From Bispira polyomma (lineage: Eukaryota), in assembly GCA_965649765.1 (NCBI GenBank), contig OZ287751.1:40610001-40674000 (forward strand): a stretch of 64,000 bases of DNA. The letters are read 5' to 3'. Below are positions 52,588 through 64,000 of this stretch, piece after piece. A model generated the notes under the pieces. It was not told the DNA's origin and did not search any database. It saw only the letters and a list, made by a program, of their open reading frames with translations. Made by a program: the position numbers and the translations under genes. Position 1 is the first letter of the stretch. Every line of letters starts with the position of its first letter.

Positions 52588-54508
52588 CTCAGACAGCTTA
52601 GTATTGACCAAAGTAATTTTAAGGAAATACTTAAGTAAATGTAATGTGTTTGGTGCCTAATATGAAGTACAATGTGCATTGTTACTTGTGCCAAAAGGAC
52701 TATCAAAAGGAAGATCAAAAGTTTGAACTTTTGAATCAGTTACCTTTCTTTTAAAGAGCAGTAGCCATATATTATCCAAAGATCTCAACAAGCTTAAATC
52801 AGGCTCAAGTCTCCATATCTCTGACAAGCGTTTAGTTAAATCTAACTTTATGTGTGAATTCAGCACTAGAACTTCTATTCAAAGAAATGGTAACAAGTAT
52901 ATATAGGTTTATTTCTGGATCAGGAGCTTCCAAAACCTTCACTCCTTGAGTTTGAGCCTTAGCTTTTTTTTTTTTTTTTTTTTTTGGGGGGGGGGATGGG
53001 AAGAATATCGACGTTGGTTGATATTTAGTTATTTTGAAGCATCATCTAGTACATAATCTATTTATTTGCGATACATTTTATAACAAAACAACAGTGACTA
53101 TATAATTATTTAGCTAATTTACACATACATCACATGAAATCACAAAACAAATAGATGGAGTAATAATATAAAGATGGTAAAGTCTCCAACAGAATCCCTA
53201 TTTACTCAAATATGTGCAAAGATTTTTGTTTGTTTGGATATTAGACGTTATTAAAATAAAACAACAATATAAAATATTATAAAACAATAATAGAATAATA
53301 CAAATTCTGGCGAGAGAGAGAAACACCTATTATTCTCCTCTCACTATAAAATATTTGGATAACATAAGTTTGGATAATAAAGGTTCTGCTATATAACGTT
53401 ATGGCATTATGAACATGTAATGCTAATATACAGTGAAAAAAGGTAACTACTAGTTACTAACTGAATCTGTATATAATAAATATTACTAACACTCTAAAAA
53501 AATCCTGACTTCTAACTGTGACATTATGTTCCATTGTTCCATTGTTTTTATTCTCCACTCCATGTAGAGTCCCAATGCCCAGAGTTTAAAACTCTAAGTA
53601 GAAACTTCAATAAATACTTAGTATTTTATACATTTAACATTGACACTATAGCCAAATGAAGTGCGTAATCTTGAGTTAAACTCTACTTGTTACTTATATT
53701 TACACGATGTCCTTAACCCCAGTTTGTAACCTTGTACCTGTCTTATACCTTGATCTCATTTATACAGATGACCATTACGAACTCACCACGAACGTCTTCA
53801 TATCCATCAGTGACTGTACGTTTCAAGTTTGTTTCAGGTACACCTACATTAGGGGCACTTCAGAACCCTTGCTGAAGTGGGTTATTTGTTATTGTTTGTT
53901 ATGTCTTCGTTTCTCATTAGTGGGTGTTATAGTGGAGGTATGTATAACTTTTGCGGCAGGTCCGTTTTGTTTTATTTGAAATACACCTCAATTCATAGCA
54001 GTGGGATTTTGGGGGGTAATCTAATCATCTATACATCGAGGAAAAGCCACGAACCAAAATTTAACGAAAACCGACAAATGTTCATTAAAATAAGACCGTG
54101 CCTATAATTCTATAGCCATTTGTCTAAAGATGGCCGCAGGTGATAGAATTCGTTTCTCTGTGTATATATGTGTATATTTAAGGGTCGAAATATGGTTAAA
54201 CCTTGAATGCTTGAAAGGGACATGGCACCTTTCATTTGACCAATTGCATCATTTTTAAAGTGATTCATTCACGACGTTTTACTGTCAGCAGTTAGTCAGC
54301 ATGCCCTTCAATACTTGTTATCTGTAGTAGAATATCATCTTATGTCAAGTACCTATTTTTTGATGGATATGACAAAAGATAAGAATGATGTTACAAAATA
54401 ATAACTGCTTAGGTCAGGTAAAAAACCAATACACTGGATGTACTTGATAAAAGAGAGGAAAGTCTTTTTAACATTACAAAAGTAGATTCTCTTTGAAGTT
54501 CATAAATA

Positions 54509-55389
54509 AAAGATAACCAAATTATTGCATTCGTTGTCATTAAAATAATGATATATTCAGTGTTCACTTCCTTCAAATATGCAATTTTGAAAAAATGTCT
54601 ACATTTCCTGATCCATAAGATACACACCAATGATATTTTTGTCAGTTAGTAAGCCAAAGATAACCAAATTGTTGTGTTCGTTGTCATTAAAATAATGATA
54701 TATTCAGTGTTCACTTCATTCAAATATGCAATTTTGAAAAAATGTCTACATTTCCTGATCCATAAGATACACACCAATGATATTTTTGTCAGTTAGTAAG
54801 CCAAAGATAACCAAATTGTTGCGTTCGTTGTCATTAAAATAATGATATATTCAGTGTTCACTTCCTTCAAATATGCAATTTTGAAAAAATGTCTACATTT
54901 CTTGATCCATAAGATACACACCAATGATATTTTTGTCAGTTAGTAAGCCAAAGATAACCAAATTGTTGCGTTCATTGTCATTAAAATAATGATATATTCA
55001 GTGTTCACTTCCTTCAAATATGCAATTTTGAAAAAATGTCTACATTTCCTGATCCATAAGATACACACCAATGATATTTTTGTCAGTTAGTAAGCCAAAG
55101 ATAACCAAATTGTTGTGTTCGTTGTCATTAAAATAATGATATATTCAGTGTTCACTTCATTCAAATATGCAATTTTGAAAAAATGTCTACATTTCCTGAT
55201 CCATAAGATACACACCAATGATATTTTTGTCAGTTAGTAAGCCAAAGATAACCAAATTGTTGCGTTCGTTGTCATTAAAATAATGATATATTCAGTGTTC
55301 ACTTCCTTCAAATATGCAATTTTGAAAAAATGTCTACATTTCTTGATCCATAAGATACACACCAATGATATTTTTGTCAGTTAGTAAGC
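54509..55389. repeat. Tandem array, 147-bp unit, 6 copies, with trimeric higher-order structure
   Basis: agataacc at 54511, 54658, 54805, 54952, 55099 and 55246. Confidence 0.97.
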
Positions 55390-55802
55390 TATAGCATATA
55401 TTGGAAACATTTGAAACATACAACTGAGCAACATCCACTACAAAAGCTTATGAAAGAAGTTTTTGCAATCATTTTTTTCCATCTTTTAGATATGAAGGTA
55501 CTAACATATGCGGAAAAGTATTCTGCAAGAGATATTATTAATAACATTTACTCTCAGATGTACTTATGTTGACCTTGTGTCTTCCTTCAATTAAGCAAAT
55601 ATCTCACACTCAATCATTCAGCTTGTTAAAGCCATACCATTTTCCCCTGTCAAGGTTATCTGAACAATGCATAGCAATTCGGAATGAAAGTCTTGGCGCA
55701 CACAAAGATACACTCACACATAATAGATTTTTCTACATATGAACCATATCATTACTCCTAGTTTTTTACTATAATTTATAAAACATTTGATTTTTTTTCA
55801 TT

Positions 55803-57083
55803 TTAGGAAACCTGCTGTAAAAATTCAGTGTATTTCTTTTCACAAGCATGAACCTTTTCTACAAAGTAGTCCACGTTTTTGGTACTTTCCAGCAAATCCG
55901 CTTGAACAAGACACATGTCTTCATATTTGGCAGTGTTCTTCAAAAGGACACTAGTGAATTCTGATTGGTCACCATCACTATGACGTAAAAGACGCAAGTC
56001 CACTATACTGTCGTCATCCGTTAGCCGAATGTTGTCGTCGAAGATGATATGTTGAACGCTATGGTCGTGGGTGTCCACCCAAAAGGGCTTTCCACAGGTA
56101 CTGGAATACGAATTGTTTTGCCAGTACAGGAAATCATCCACAAATGCATTTATCCCTGTCTGTTGACTTAGAAACTTATACATTTCTTTTTCATCTGTGA
56201 CGAAATATTGCTTGTCGCCTTGATTGATCTCCATTTCGATGTGCCCATTTTTCGGGCGTCGTATATGGCCTGGTTCCAGGTTGACTTCTATATCTGGCAA
56301 ACTGGGGAAGTCCACATGGTTCCCTTGCAGGCTATGGTCGATGGCTTTAAGCACGTTTGGGGCATCCATCCCATATGTACGGACCACAATAGCAAAGTCT
56401 CTGTTAGTGTCATGGAGATGCTGAATCAACTGAAACACGGCTGGCAGGATATAATGATACAGCTTGCCATCCTGCCCTTTCATTGTCAAAAGGTTATTGC
56501 TTTCTTTGTGTGACCATTGGAAAGCTTTCAATGCCTCGTCAAAATGGGGCCTGAAGTCCTGCCCAAAATCTTCTCGGGTAAAATCGCCGGTGTGTTGCCT
56601 GAGCAACCCTCGGTCCGTAGGCGTACGGACTAACTTCTTCTCTAGGTGTTTGTAATACGTAATACAGTTGGCCTCTGGAGCAGTGAGAGAGGGCTGCTTA
56701 CTGACCCACTGCCAACTTTGATCTTTCTCCTCATAACCCCAAGTCACACCGGTCAAATAACCGTTCAAAGCCTGCTCGACACCAATGGCCGTCACTGAAT
56801 CTGCCACAAGGATCGTATTTCGCACGTCAAAATGGAGTATTAACTTTCGACGCGATAACATCAGCGGCTTTTCTGGTGGGATTCTCCTTCCAGTTTTAGT
56901 ACGACAGTGTCTACCAGTGGGCGACTGGTCCTGTTTTGGTGAATCCCTCTGTAACTTACTGTCCGTTCTGTTATTAAATTGGAGATGATTTCGAGGTTGT
57001 AAGACAGCGGCTTTGCCAGATATTCCTTGTCCTAAAAGACTCCCATTTTCCATTCTTTGGGGACAACGCTTTTTGTTTTTCAT
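55803..57083 (-). CDS. Uncharacterised intronless 426-aa protein with HAD-like motifs (recalls the zebrafish si:dkey-32e6.3-type family)
   Basis: Intact 1281-nt ORF, GC-richer than its flanks. Motifs RKLILHFDVRNTILVADS, FAIVVRTYGMD, CGKPFW and QHIIFDDNI. Family link is from memory and unverified. Confidence 0.88.
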   Translation of the reverse strand: MKNKKRCPQRMENGSLLGQGISGKAAVLQPRNHLQFNNRTDSKLQRDSPKQDQSPTGRHCRTKTGRRIPPEKPLMLSRRKLILHFDVRNTILVADSVTAIGVEQALNGYLTGVTWGYEEKDQSWQWVSKQPSLTAPEANCITYYKHLEKKLVRTPTDRGLLRQHTGDFTREDFGQDFRPHFDEALKAFQWSHKESNNLLTMKGQDGKLYHYILPAVFQLIQHLHDTNRDFAIVVRTYGMDAPNVLKAIDHSLQGNHVDFPSLPDIEVNLEPGHIRRPKNGHIEMEINQGDKQYFVTDEKEMYKFLSQQTGINAFVDDFLYWQNNSYSSTCGKPFWVDTHDHSVQHIIFDDNIRLTDDDSIVDLRLLRHSDGDQSEFTSVLLKNTAKYEDMCLVQADLLESTKNVDYFVEKVHACEKKYTEFLQQVS

Positions 57084-57949
57084 TTATTTTTTTTATGCCT
57101 TTTTCCTCCCTTGGAGAACATAAATTAATTGGCATCAATATTATATCTATGTTTGTCCTTTATGTTATATTTTTATAACAATTTATTCCGCCGTTAGTAA
57201 TGTGTCTGTTTTTATTACACAAGAATTAGTTTTCCCACCTGGAGCCACAATTAAGATATATATATATATATATATATATATATTTCACTATTTAACTGAT
57301 TGCACAACTCTTATTGGTTGTCATATAGAGTTCTCTCTAGTTGAACTATATATCATAACTACCCATATGTGCTTGTACTTTGCTGGGTTTTACCTGTGAT
57401 CAATAACTTTCTCTATTTGCTCCTCCACAAAATAACAACTTTGGACTTGCACGGCTTGTTTATCTGGATGAAGGATCGATCCAGATAATAAAACATTCAG
57501 AAGAAATGGCTAACCTGAATAGAGATATTAATGGGTCAATAACATGGCTGCCCATATATGGATCAGCTGGAATATTACCTGGCAGTATAAGTAGATCACC
57601 AATACAAAGTAACTCAGGTAGTGTTAATAATTATCATTATTCCTTTGCAAAGTTAGTATAACACCATAAACATACATTGTCCAAATCCACTCAGAATCTG
57701 TCTAGTCTTTATGTAGGGTTTTTTGGTGTTATATAGATGATACAAAATGTAATATTAGTTTAATATATATTTATATATATACACACATATATAAATCACC
57801 CCACTTATAAACGAAGTTGTATATAGTTGTACTAGTTCTACCTATACTTATAGGAAGCGAAGTAATAATGAGTTAATTGAAGTAGTAAAAAATCTAAACA
57901 AACAAATGTATTAACAGGTCTACGCTGAATCCCATGTTTTATATTGTAA

Positions 57950-58700
57950 GCCCATTCAATGTCCTTCGCGCGCCCAGAAATGGGGAAGGTGAACAAACAG
58001 CTAACTATAATCTTGTGTGGGAGTGTCGCACACATTTTTGACGTCACTTCTAAAAATAGAATTGTATCCAACCTCTTAAAACCAACTCAGACCCAAATGA
58101 CATGCAGAGGTAATTGTTTACGGTAATTTTCAGTGAATCTAACGTTGCTATGCAGAATTATTGTATTCTGATACGGAACTATCGATGGGGTGTGAGATTA
58201 ACATCAATATTGCATATAAAAGCAAAATTAATGCTATAAAATGAGTCACGTCAATTTACGGGAATTTATATCCCATACATATTTATTATTTTACATCATT
58301 GTACAAGTGGAATATTATAACAAGTGAATAAGCTTAATTCCAGATCCGTCATCCGACGCCCGTTTCCGTCATCCCCAAAAATTTAATACTAAGAAAACAG
58401 AGGAAAAGGATACACCTGACCGACGTCACCTCGGAATCGGGAGCCAAGTGTTCAAAATCAGTCCAACATCGATCTTGTTTTTGAATGACAAACGGGAAAG
58501 TGAAATAATTTTATTCTTTCTTTCTTTTCCAAACAGGAATACTACAAAAATTCGCCAGTTTTTTGGATGTAGTTTATCTGCAAATTCGGACATCGGATGA
58601 CGAAAACGGACGTGGTATGACAGATTCGGACACAAAATCGGCCAGGTATATTTGCCCCTTAAGCGTGATTCTTGATCGTTATTCTGTGTAATTGAAAAGT
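57950..58700. promoter_or_regulatory. CpG-enriched putative promoter / first-exon region upstream of the 426-aa gene
   Basis: Local CpG excess, a CRE palindrome tgacgtca at ~58039, tgagtca at ~58242 and repeated cgtcatcc motifs. No transcript evidence. Confidence 0.35.
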
Positions 58701-59829
58701 TTGACTACCCACTTGTTCAATGATATTATTTTAGTCCACAGTGCCATGTATACGATTTACGACAACCGACGACTGAGATGCGACAGGGATTTTTTACCTC
58801 TTCAAAAAACAAAAAAAAAATTTAATTTGTTTTCATGTATGCAGCTGCTAATTACTACACCTGGAGACGTATTCGAAATCCAATGGGGAATATCAATATT
58901 GGTGATCTAAATATATAACATGCTGGAGCCGTTTATGTAAGACTACCAAAATCTTATTTTGCTATCACCAATCTATAGTTGGCTGTTTATATATTCTCTG
59001 AGACATATTATCATTTTGTTATTCAACTAAAGTTAGTAGGATACTTCTTTTGAGAGCTCAATTTAATAGTTGAGTTTTTTTTACCATTTTGAAAAGGGCG
59101 CTGCCATCTTAGAAATGTGTAAGGCCTTCATAGATTGGTTGGAAGCAAGCTAAAAACATCTGATATTTAAATGCAGTTTATTCAGTAATTTTTCATATTG
59201 TCGTCACCTCCTCAGCAACCAATGTCTGACCCAACAGGCTCGTTTTTTTGTGTCTCCTGTTGTGTGACTTCTTCCAATGTATTTAAGAACAGCTAAATTA
59301 TTTCTCATTATAACGTTAATTAAGTTTATGTACCCTGTATACGTTGAACTTGATATCCTAATTGTAGATTCATCTTGCTAACTATGACATACCAGGAGCT
59401 ATGATGTCTTGAACAAAAGTTAAAATCCTATAGCTTAATGTAATTCCCCATAGCTGAATTCACGCCTCTGTTCCCCTGTATAAATTGAAGTTGATGTCCC
59501 GATTGTAGATTCATCTTGTTCTGCGCACCATGATATACCAGCAACTAAAGGTGGCCTGAGCTGAAATCAAGCCTATTTTATACGATTCTAACTCACCCGA
59601 GAGGAGTTACCAGGACAGAACTTTATAAGATTGTATGGCCGTGTCATAACTGTAGAGTAACTGTGGTTTCCCCATGATACCTGTGGTTTCCATTTGTAGA
59701 CCTGTCTCATACATGCTTTAACATATATAGCCACACGGTCCCACATTGCTGGAAAATGTGTCAATAATTTCTTCAAAGGTCTATTGCCTGGTGCCTCCTT
59801 GTAGTAAATGTTAGGCCACTGTTACATAT

Positions 59830-60335
59830 GTCCTGGTCACACCTACACATTCTACAGCTACGTTTGTGTCACGTTGTATTAATTTTGTTCTGTGACATTT
59901 CGTTTGCTGTGACGACTGTTTCAGAATGTTTGAAACAATCGTGTCACAGTTCCCATTACTCCCGGTTTCTCTGTTCATCCCGGAATGTTTTCGAAAGTAG
60001 CATAGACGAATCAGTAAGTAGCAAGAAAGTCCCAGTAAGTAATGATATTGTCTCCACTCGTTGTATTCATCGTAGAACGTTTTACTAGGTAGTAGTAAGT
60101 AGCAGTACAGTAGCTCTATGTAGTAGTAGGTAGTGATATCCTACCAGTAAAGGGTTCGTTTTTTTTCCCCGCTCCGTGTGTGTAAGTACCAACATCGTCA
60201 CGAAACGTCATGAAACGTCACAATCGACTCCCCCTTTATGAAATTGACGTCACTTTGATACAAAGCTACCACATTTTCAGTTTATATTGCTTTTCTACAT
60301 TGTGGGACGTTAGCAGGTGTAGGTGTGACCAGGCC
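59830..60335 (-). mobile_element. MITE (Harbinger-like TIRs), copy 2, inverted relative to copy 1
   Basis: TIRs gtcctggtcacacctacac / gtgtaggtgtgaccaggcc. Shares tttactggtaggatatcactacctactacta and caaagtgacgtca with copy 1. Confidence 0.8.
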
Positions 60336-60529
60336 AATAACAACAGCTACATCTTAACACATCTCAGAGTGCTATGGGTTGCAGGCTGAAAGCAATTTCA
60401 AGGAGGTATGACAGACAGAAAGACAAGTGACAGTACCTTCTGCTACTCATTGTACCGCCTTTTATATACTGCTAATGTGTGAACGGTGCATAAAGGAAAA
60501 AAAATTCAAAAAAGATAGGGCATACTAAC

Positions 60530-62900
60530 TATAAAAAACTATGGATGCTTCTATTGTATGTAAATGTGCCAATTTTGAATTTGACTGAAGTTGAACAGGA
60601 GCCAATATAGTTTTTCTGAGCTAACTGTTCCACATTCAAAATAGATCTGGAGCAGCCCCGATTTAAAGGATCTTGGTGGCACCCTGCTGAACCACCTGGA
60701 GTGATGATCAAAGACAGAAAACACTCAAAATATTTAAAAATGCTATCAATAATCCGGCTTAGTCAGTGCCCCCCCCCCCCCTCTCAAATCGTAAAGATTA
60801 GTCTGGGTGACCTCCCCGATCCTAAAGATCAGTTATGGGTGACCTGTCGATCCTGAAAATCAGTTCGGGTGACCTCCCTGATCCTAAAAATCAGTATGGG
60901 TGACCTCCACGATCCTAAAAATCAGTCTGGGTGACACCCTTGTTTGACTAATCTACTCTGTTTGACTAGGTTTTTCGGTATAAAAGAGCATTTTTCCTAG
61001 GTTCCAGACAGTCGAATTTTTCCCCAAAGAGCAATATTTACAATCAGGGTGTCACCCCAGTTGATCTTAACAATTAGTGAAGCTATCCCAGTTGATCTTA
61101 ACAATCGGGGAAGCCACCCAGCTTGTTCTTTACAACAATGAGGATTCCACTTTGTTGTTTTAGGGAGATGGGAGGTGAAATACACCCAGAACAGCCGGGG
61201 TGGCATTAGAGTTACTCTGGGCTACTCCCGATTATCCTGGCCCAGAGGGGGGTAAAATCTCCAATCGGCCCATTTTCTGAACATGTTTAGAAACTTCATG
61301 ATTGCGTAATTTGATCACCGGATCACCAGGATTACGAACCCTGACTGTCCAGATCAATCCTGGAGCTACAGGATTACGCCCGGGGTGCCCAAAATCTGGG
61401 CTGCTCCTGATCTATCTTGACAGTGAAACAGTAGTTGCTATATAGTTTAAATGTGAGGAATCGGTAATCATTTGACAAAAAGGAATGTTGAACACACTGC
61501 ACTCTTTTTAACTCATGGCTGGACAGAATAGCTACAGTAACAAGTGCATTTGCTAGCATGGCATAATATGCATTCTAGCAGATTTGCTGACTTTTGAGAC
61601 ATCATCAGACAAAAAACATGGTGGAGTCGAACACCACATTAAGATTTCTGGATTGAGTAGATCGGGTAACCTGGTTTCCCAGGAAGTTGGATGAACAGTA
61701 TTAGATGGGGAGATTTATCTACAATTTGTTTGAGAACATAAACATCTGATGTCATCAAGGCAGTTAGTGAATTGGCTATATTTAACAAAAGTTGTTTCAG
61801 ATGTTTAAAAGTGCATTTTTAGTTGAGTTATATTTCCTATGAGCTGACTATAAGGAGGAGTAAGTTTTGAAGTTACTCTTTTCAAACTTCAGAAAACAAT
61901 TTAAAACAAGTCTGTAATTTTTTAGGCTTGTTTGAAGAAGCGAGGGCTACAAACTGGGAAGCATTCATAATGAAAATTATTGGGGTGACCGAAATATCAG
62001 TGTATTTAAGGACAAAACCATATGTCATGGGTCAAGGGAATGCGACTTTTGTTTTAGCATTTGAACAGGACTTATTGATTGTAGTAACTTAAGTGTTGTT
62101 GCGAACTCTGTTGTAATAGTTGAACCATTTTAAGAACAGTGTATATATTTAGGCTAAACTCTTTTTTTGCGCTTAAAAAGCGCTTGTAATAATAATATAA
62201 TCTTTAACCCATCGAGATATTTTTCGTTTTTGAGATGTTTTCTGACAATAGGGGCAAGGGAATTCAAAGTGGAATGTTATTGTAAATAACGGGCATCACT
62301 GGATTTCTGAGAATTAGTGATGAGGGTTGATTTAAAATCACGTTTGATAGCTTATTTGTGTTTTATTAAATTTATTAAAGTGACTGTCGCAGTGGGATCA
62401 GTTTTAGGTACTAGCTAATTAATTTTGGGACTGGTTAACAATTAGTCAGAAAAACCTTCGATAGCATGGATATTTTCTTAGCTGTAATTTTCTGATAAGG
62501 TCCATTCAATTATATGACCATGTATCTAAGTTGGCAAATTCAACTTTTGAATTAAAAAAATCAAGGAGAGATTTAAAATTTGACAATATTCGATGCTGCA
62601 TTAAATTGCAAATTGAAATCTCTGCCCACCATTAATTTATTGGTAATGGGGAGAACATTACTAAGTAATAATTGTAACTTGTCAAAAGAAAAACCTTAAA
62701 ATTTGTAGATTGGGGTTTGTAGACGTTGGGTAAAATAGTAATTTTATGTATGGTGTCACTTGAGAGGTAGCCAACAATACTGTGTGTGCAGCCTGGTAAG
62801 GTGGTCTGTTAAAATCACATTATTGCCCTCTCTTTTATCTGTCTAAATATATGGACGTATATCCCGGTATATACTACAAATGTTTATGGACAGTATTTTA
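60530..62900 (-). mobile_element. Decayed L2-like LINE (endonuclease remnant plus RT C-terminus, RT core missing), split by the MITE
   Basis: Minus strand: DFNL near 62615, CLDDI near 61755, RNLNVVFDS, LANALV...LKRVQCVQH, then the MITE, then KLYWL...VKFKIGTFTY. Confidence 0.65.
60620..61435. mobile_element. ~810-bp MITE with ~40-bp TIRs and an internal ~31-bp tandem repeat (60799-60940), inserted in an L2 fragment
   Basis: Left end ctgttccacattcaaaatagatctggagcagccccgattt versus the reverse complement of the right end ctgtttcactgtcaagatagatcaggagcagcccagattt. Confidence 0.85.
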
Positions 62901-63204
62901 AATCAAATACATCAGAGACTACAATTGTTGCTCAATATTAAGGTGTTTGTTACAAATATGAAACCATATATCATAGTGTTCTGTTATTTTGTCCCAAAGG
63001 TGTGAACTTATTTAGATTTGTGTGAAAATAAATTCTGAAGCCAGCTCAAGCCTCATCTGATTCTGTGAAAAAAATGGTTTACCAACTCTGTTGATATATG
63101 GCAATATCCAGTACATAAAAGTATTTCAATTTTCAGTGCAATGCTTTAAAGCCACTATCAATAACATCAGTAACAAAGAGTTACCACAAGATTTCTATAT
63201 AACA

Positions 63205-64000
63205 GGAACAAGAACAAAAACAAAAACTTTATTTGTACTTTAAGGCCTCAGGCCGATAATACCTTTACAGTAACATTACTTAAATAAATACATCCTTTAA
63301 TTTTGGTTCAATGTGTACATACATTATGATAAGGCATTTAATAATGTTTACATCTTAACACATTTTACATTTTTTGTCAATAAGACTGATTACAAATCTT
63401 GCATATACAATTCTTTTATTTCAAAACTATGATATAAAATACATGACAAGTTAGAAATTCTAGATGGGTTCTGAGATGACATTATATTTAAAAAATTTAA
63501 CTAATTGCAATTTGAGGCATAAGGGATATATTTATCTCTTAGTGATTTATACAAAGAGCAAATACTAATCATATGAAATTCAACCTCTACATACTTCAAA
63601 CTTTGTTGTTCACAAAATACACATAATCTCAGACTCTAAGGAACATTTTTAAGTCTGTCAACATTAAGCCTATGATTAAAACAGCGAAATTTTGTTAGGG
63701 CAACTCTATGCTTTCTTATATTAACAACAGAAAGGTATTTTCAATTTCAAACAAACTTTTAAATTTACAATAATGATATAGTTTGTTACAATTTCTAAAA
63801 CTGCCATGCCATTCTTGCATGTAGCTATGTTTAAGCCTTTGCTTAAAAACAGATAAAAATTGTTTGGTTTAACCAACACCTTGGTTTATAAACACAATAC
63901 CAAAACCATATCGAAATAATAAATCTTTTAACATGAAAACCCCAATTTTTTCTACCAACTTCACACAGATTATAACTCATATTATAAGCACTTTTTGGTA
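63205..64000 (-). mobile_element. Non-LTR retrotransposon 3' end (RTE-X/Proto2-like C-terminal Cys/His motif), possibly running off the window
   Basis: Minus strand RVALTKFRCFNHRLNVD...RLCVFCE...VEVEFHMISICSLYKSLR, followed by ggcctgaggcc...aataaag(tttttg)n tail. Confidence 0.7.

Noticed and set aside
56208-56988. Plus-strand ORFs overlapping the 426-aa gene
   Set aside because: Antisense shadows of a real coding sequence, with no motifs of their own.
59588-59800. MWDRVAIYVKACMRQ resembling a gypsy/Ginger integrase H2C2 motif
   Set aside because: A single short degenerate motif with no recognisable DDE core nearby.

Overview
AT-rich, repeat-dense animal genomic DNA (spliceosomal introns, SINEs, LINEs, MITEs), most likely an invertebrate such as a mollusc; the taxon is an inference. 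There is one 147-N gap at 30115-30261. Two host genes are supportable. (1) A minus-strand, six-coding-exon gene (30425->1336, 270 aa) rebuilt by hand from phase-compatible GT-AG junctions; it encodes a cysteine-rich, probably secreted and GPI-anchored protein with an internal duplication. (2) An intronless 426-aa ORF (57083->55803) with HAD-like motifs. Mobile elements include an intron-containing hAT transposon with TIRs (6208-11066), a decayed PIF/Harbinger element (~36.1-38.66 kb), a degenerate Ngaro/DIRS-type tyrosine-recombinase (YR) retrotransposon (~39.0-44.6 kb), several L2-like and other LINE fragments, tRNA-derived SINEs and MITEs. The most unusual observations are: (a) three splice junctions of gene 1 have each been amplified into tandem arrays, including a 36-bp acceptor array that is in frame with the exon; (b) the YR element's leader carries a tRNA-Gly 5' half that stops inside the anticodon; (c) a phase-compatible splice donor/acceptor pair could join the Gag N-terminus directly to the YR.
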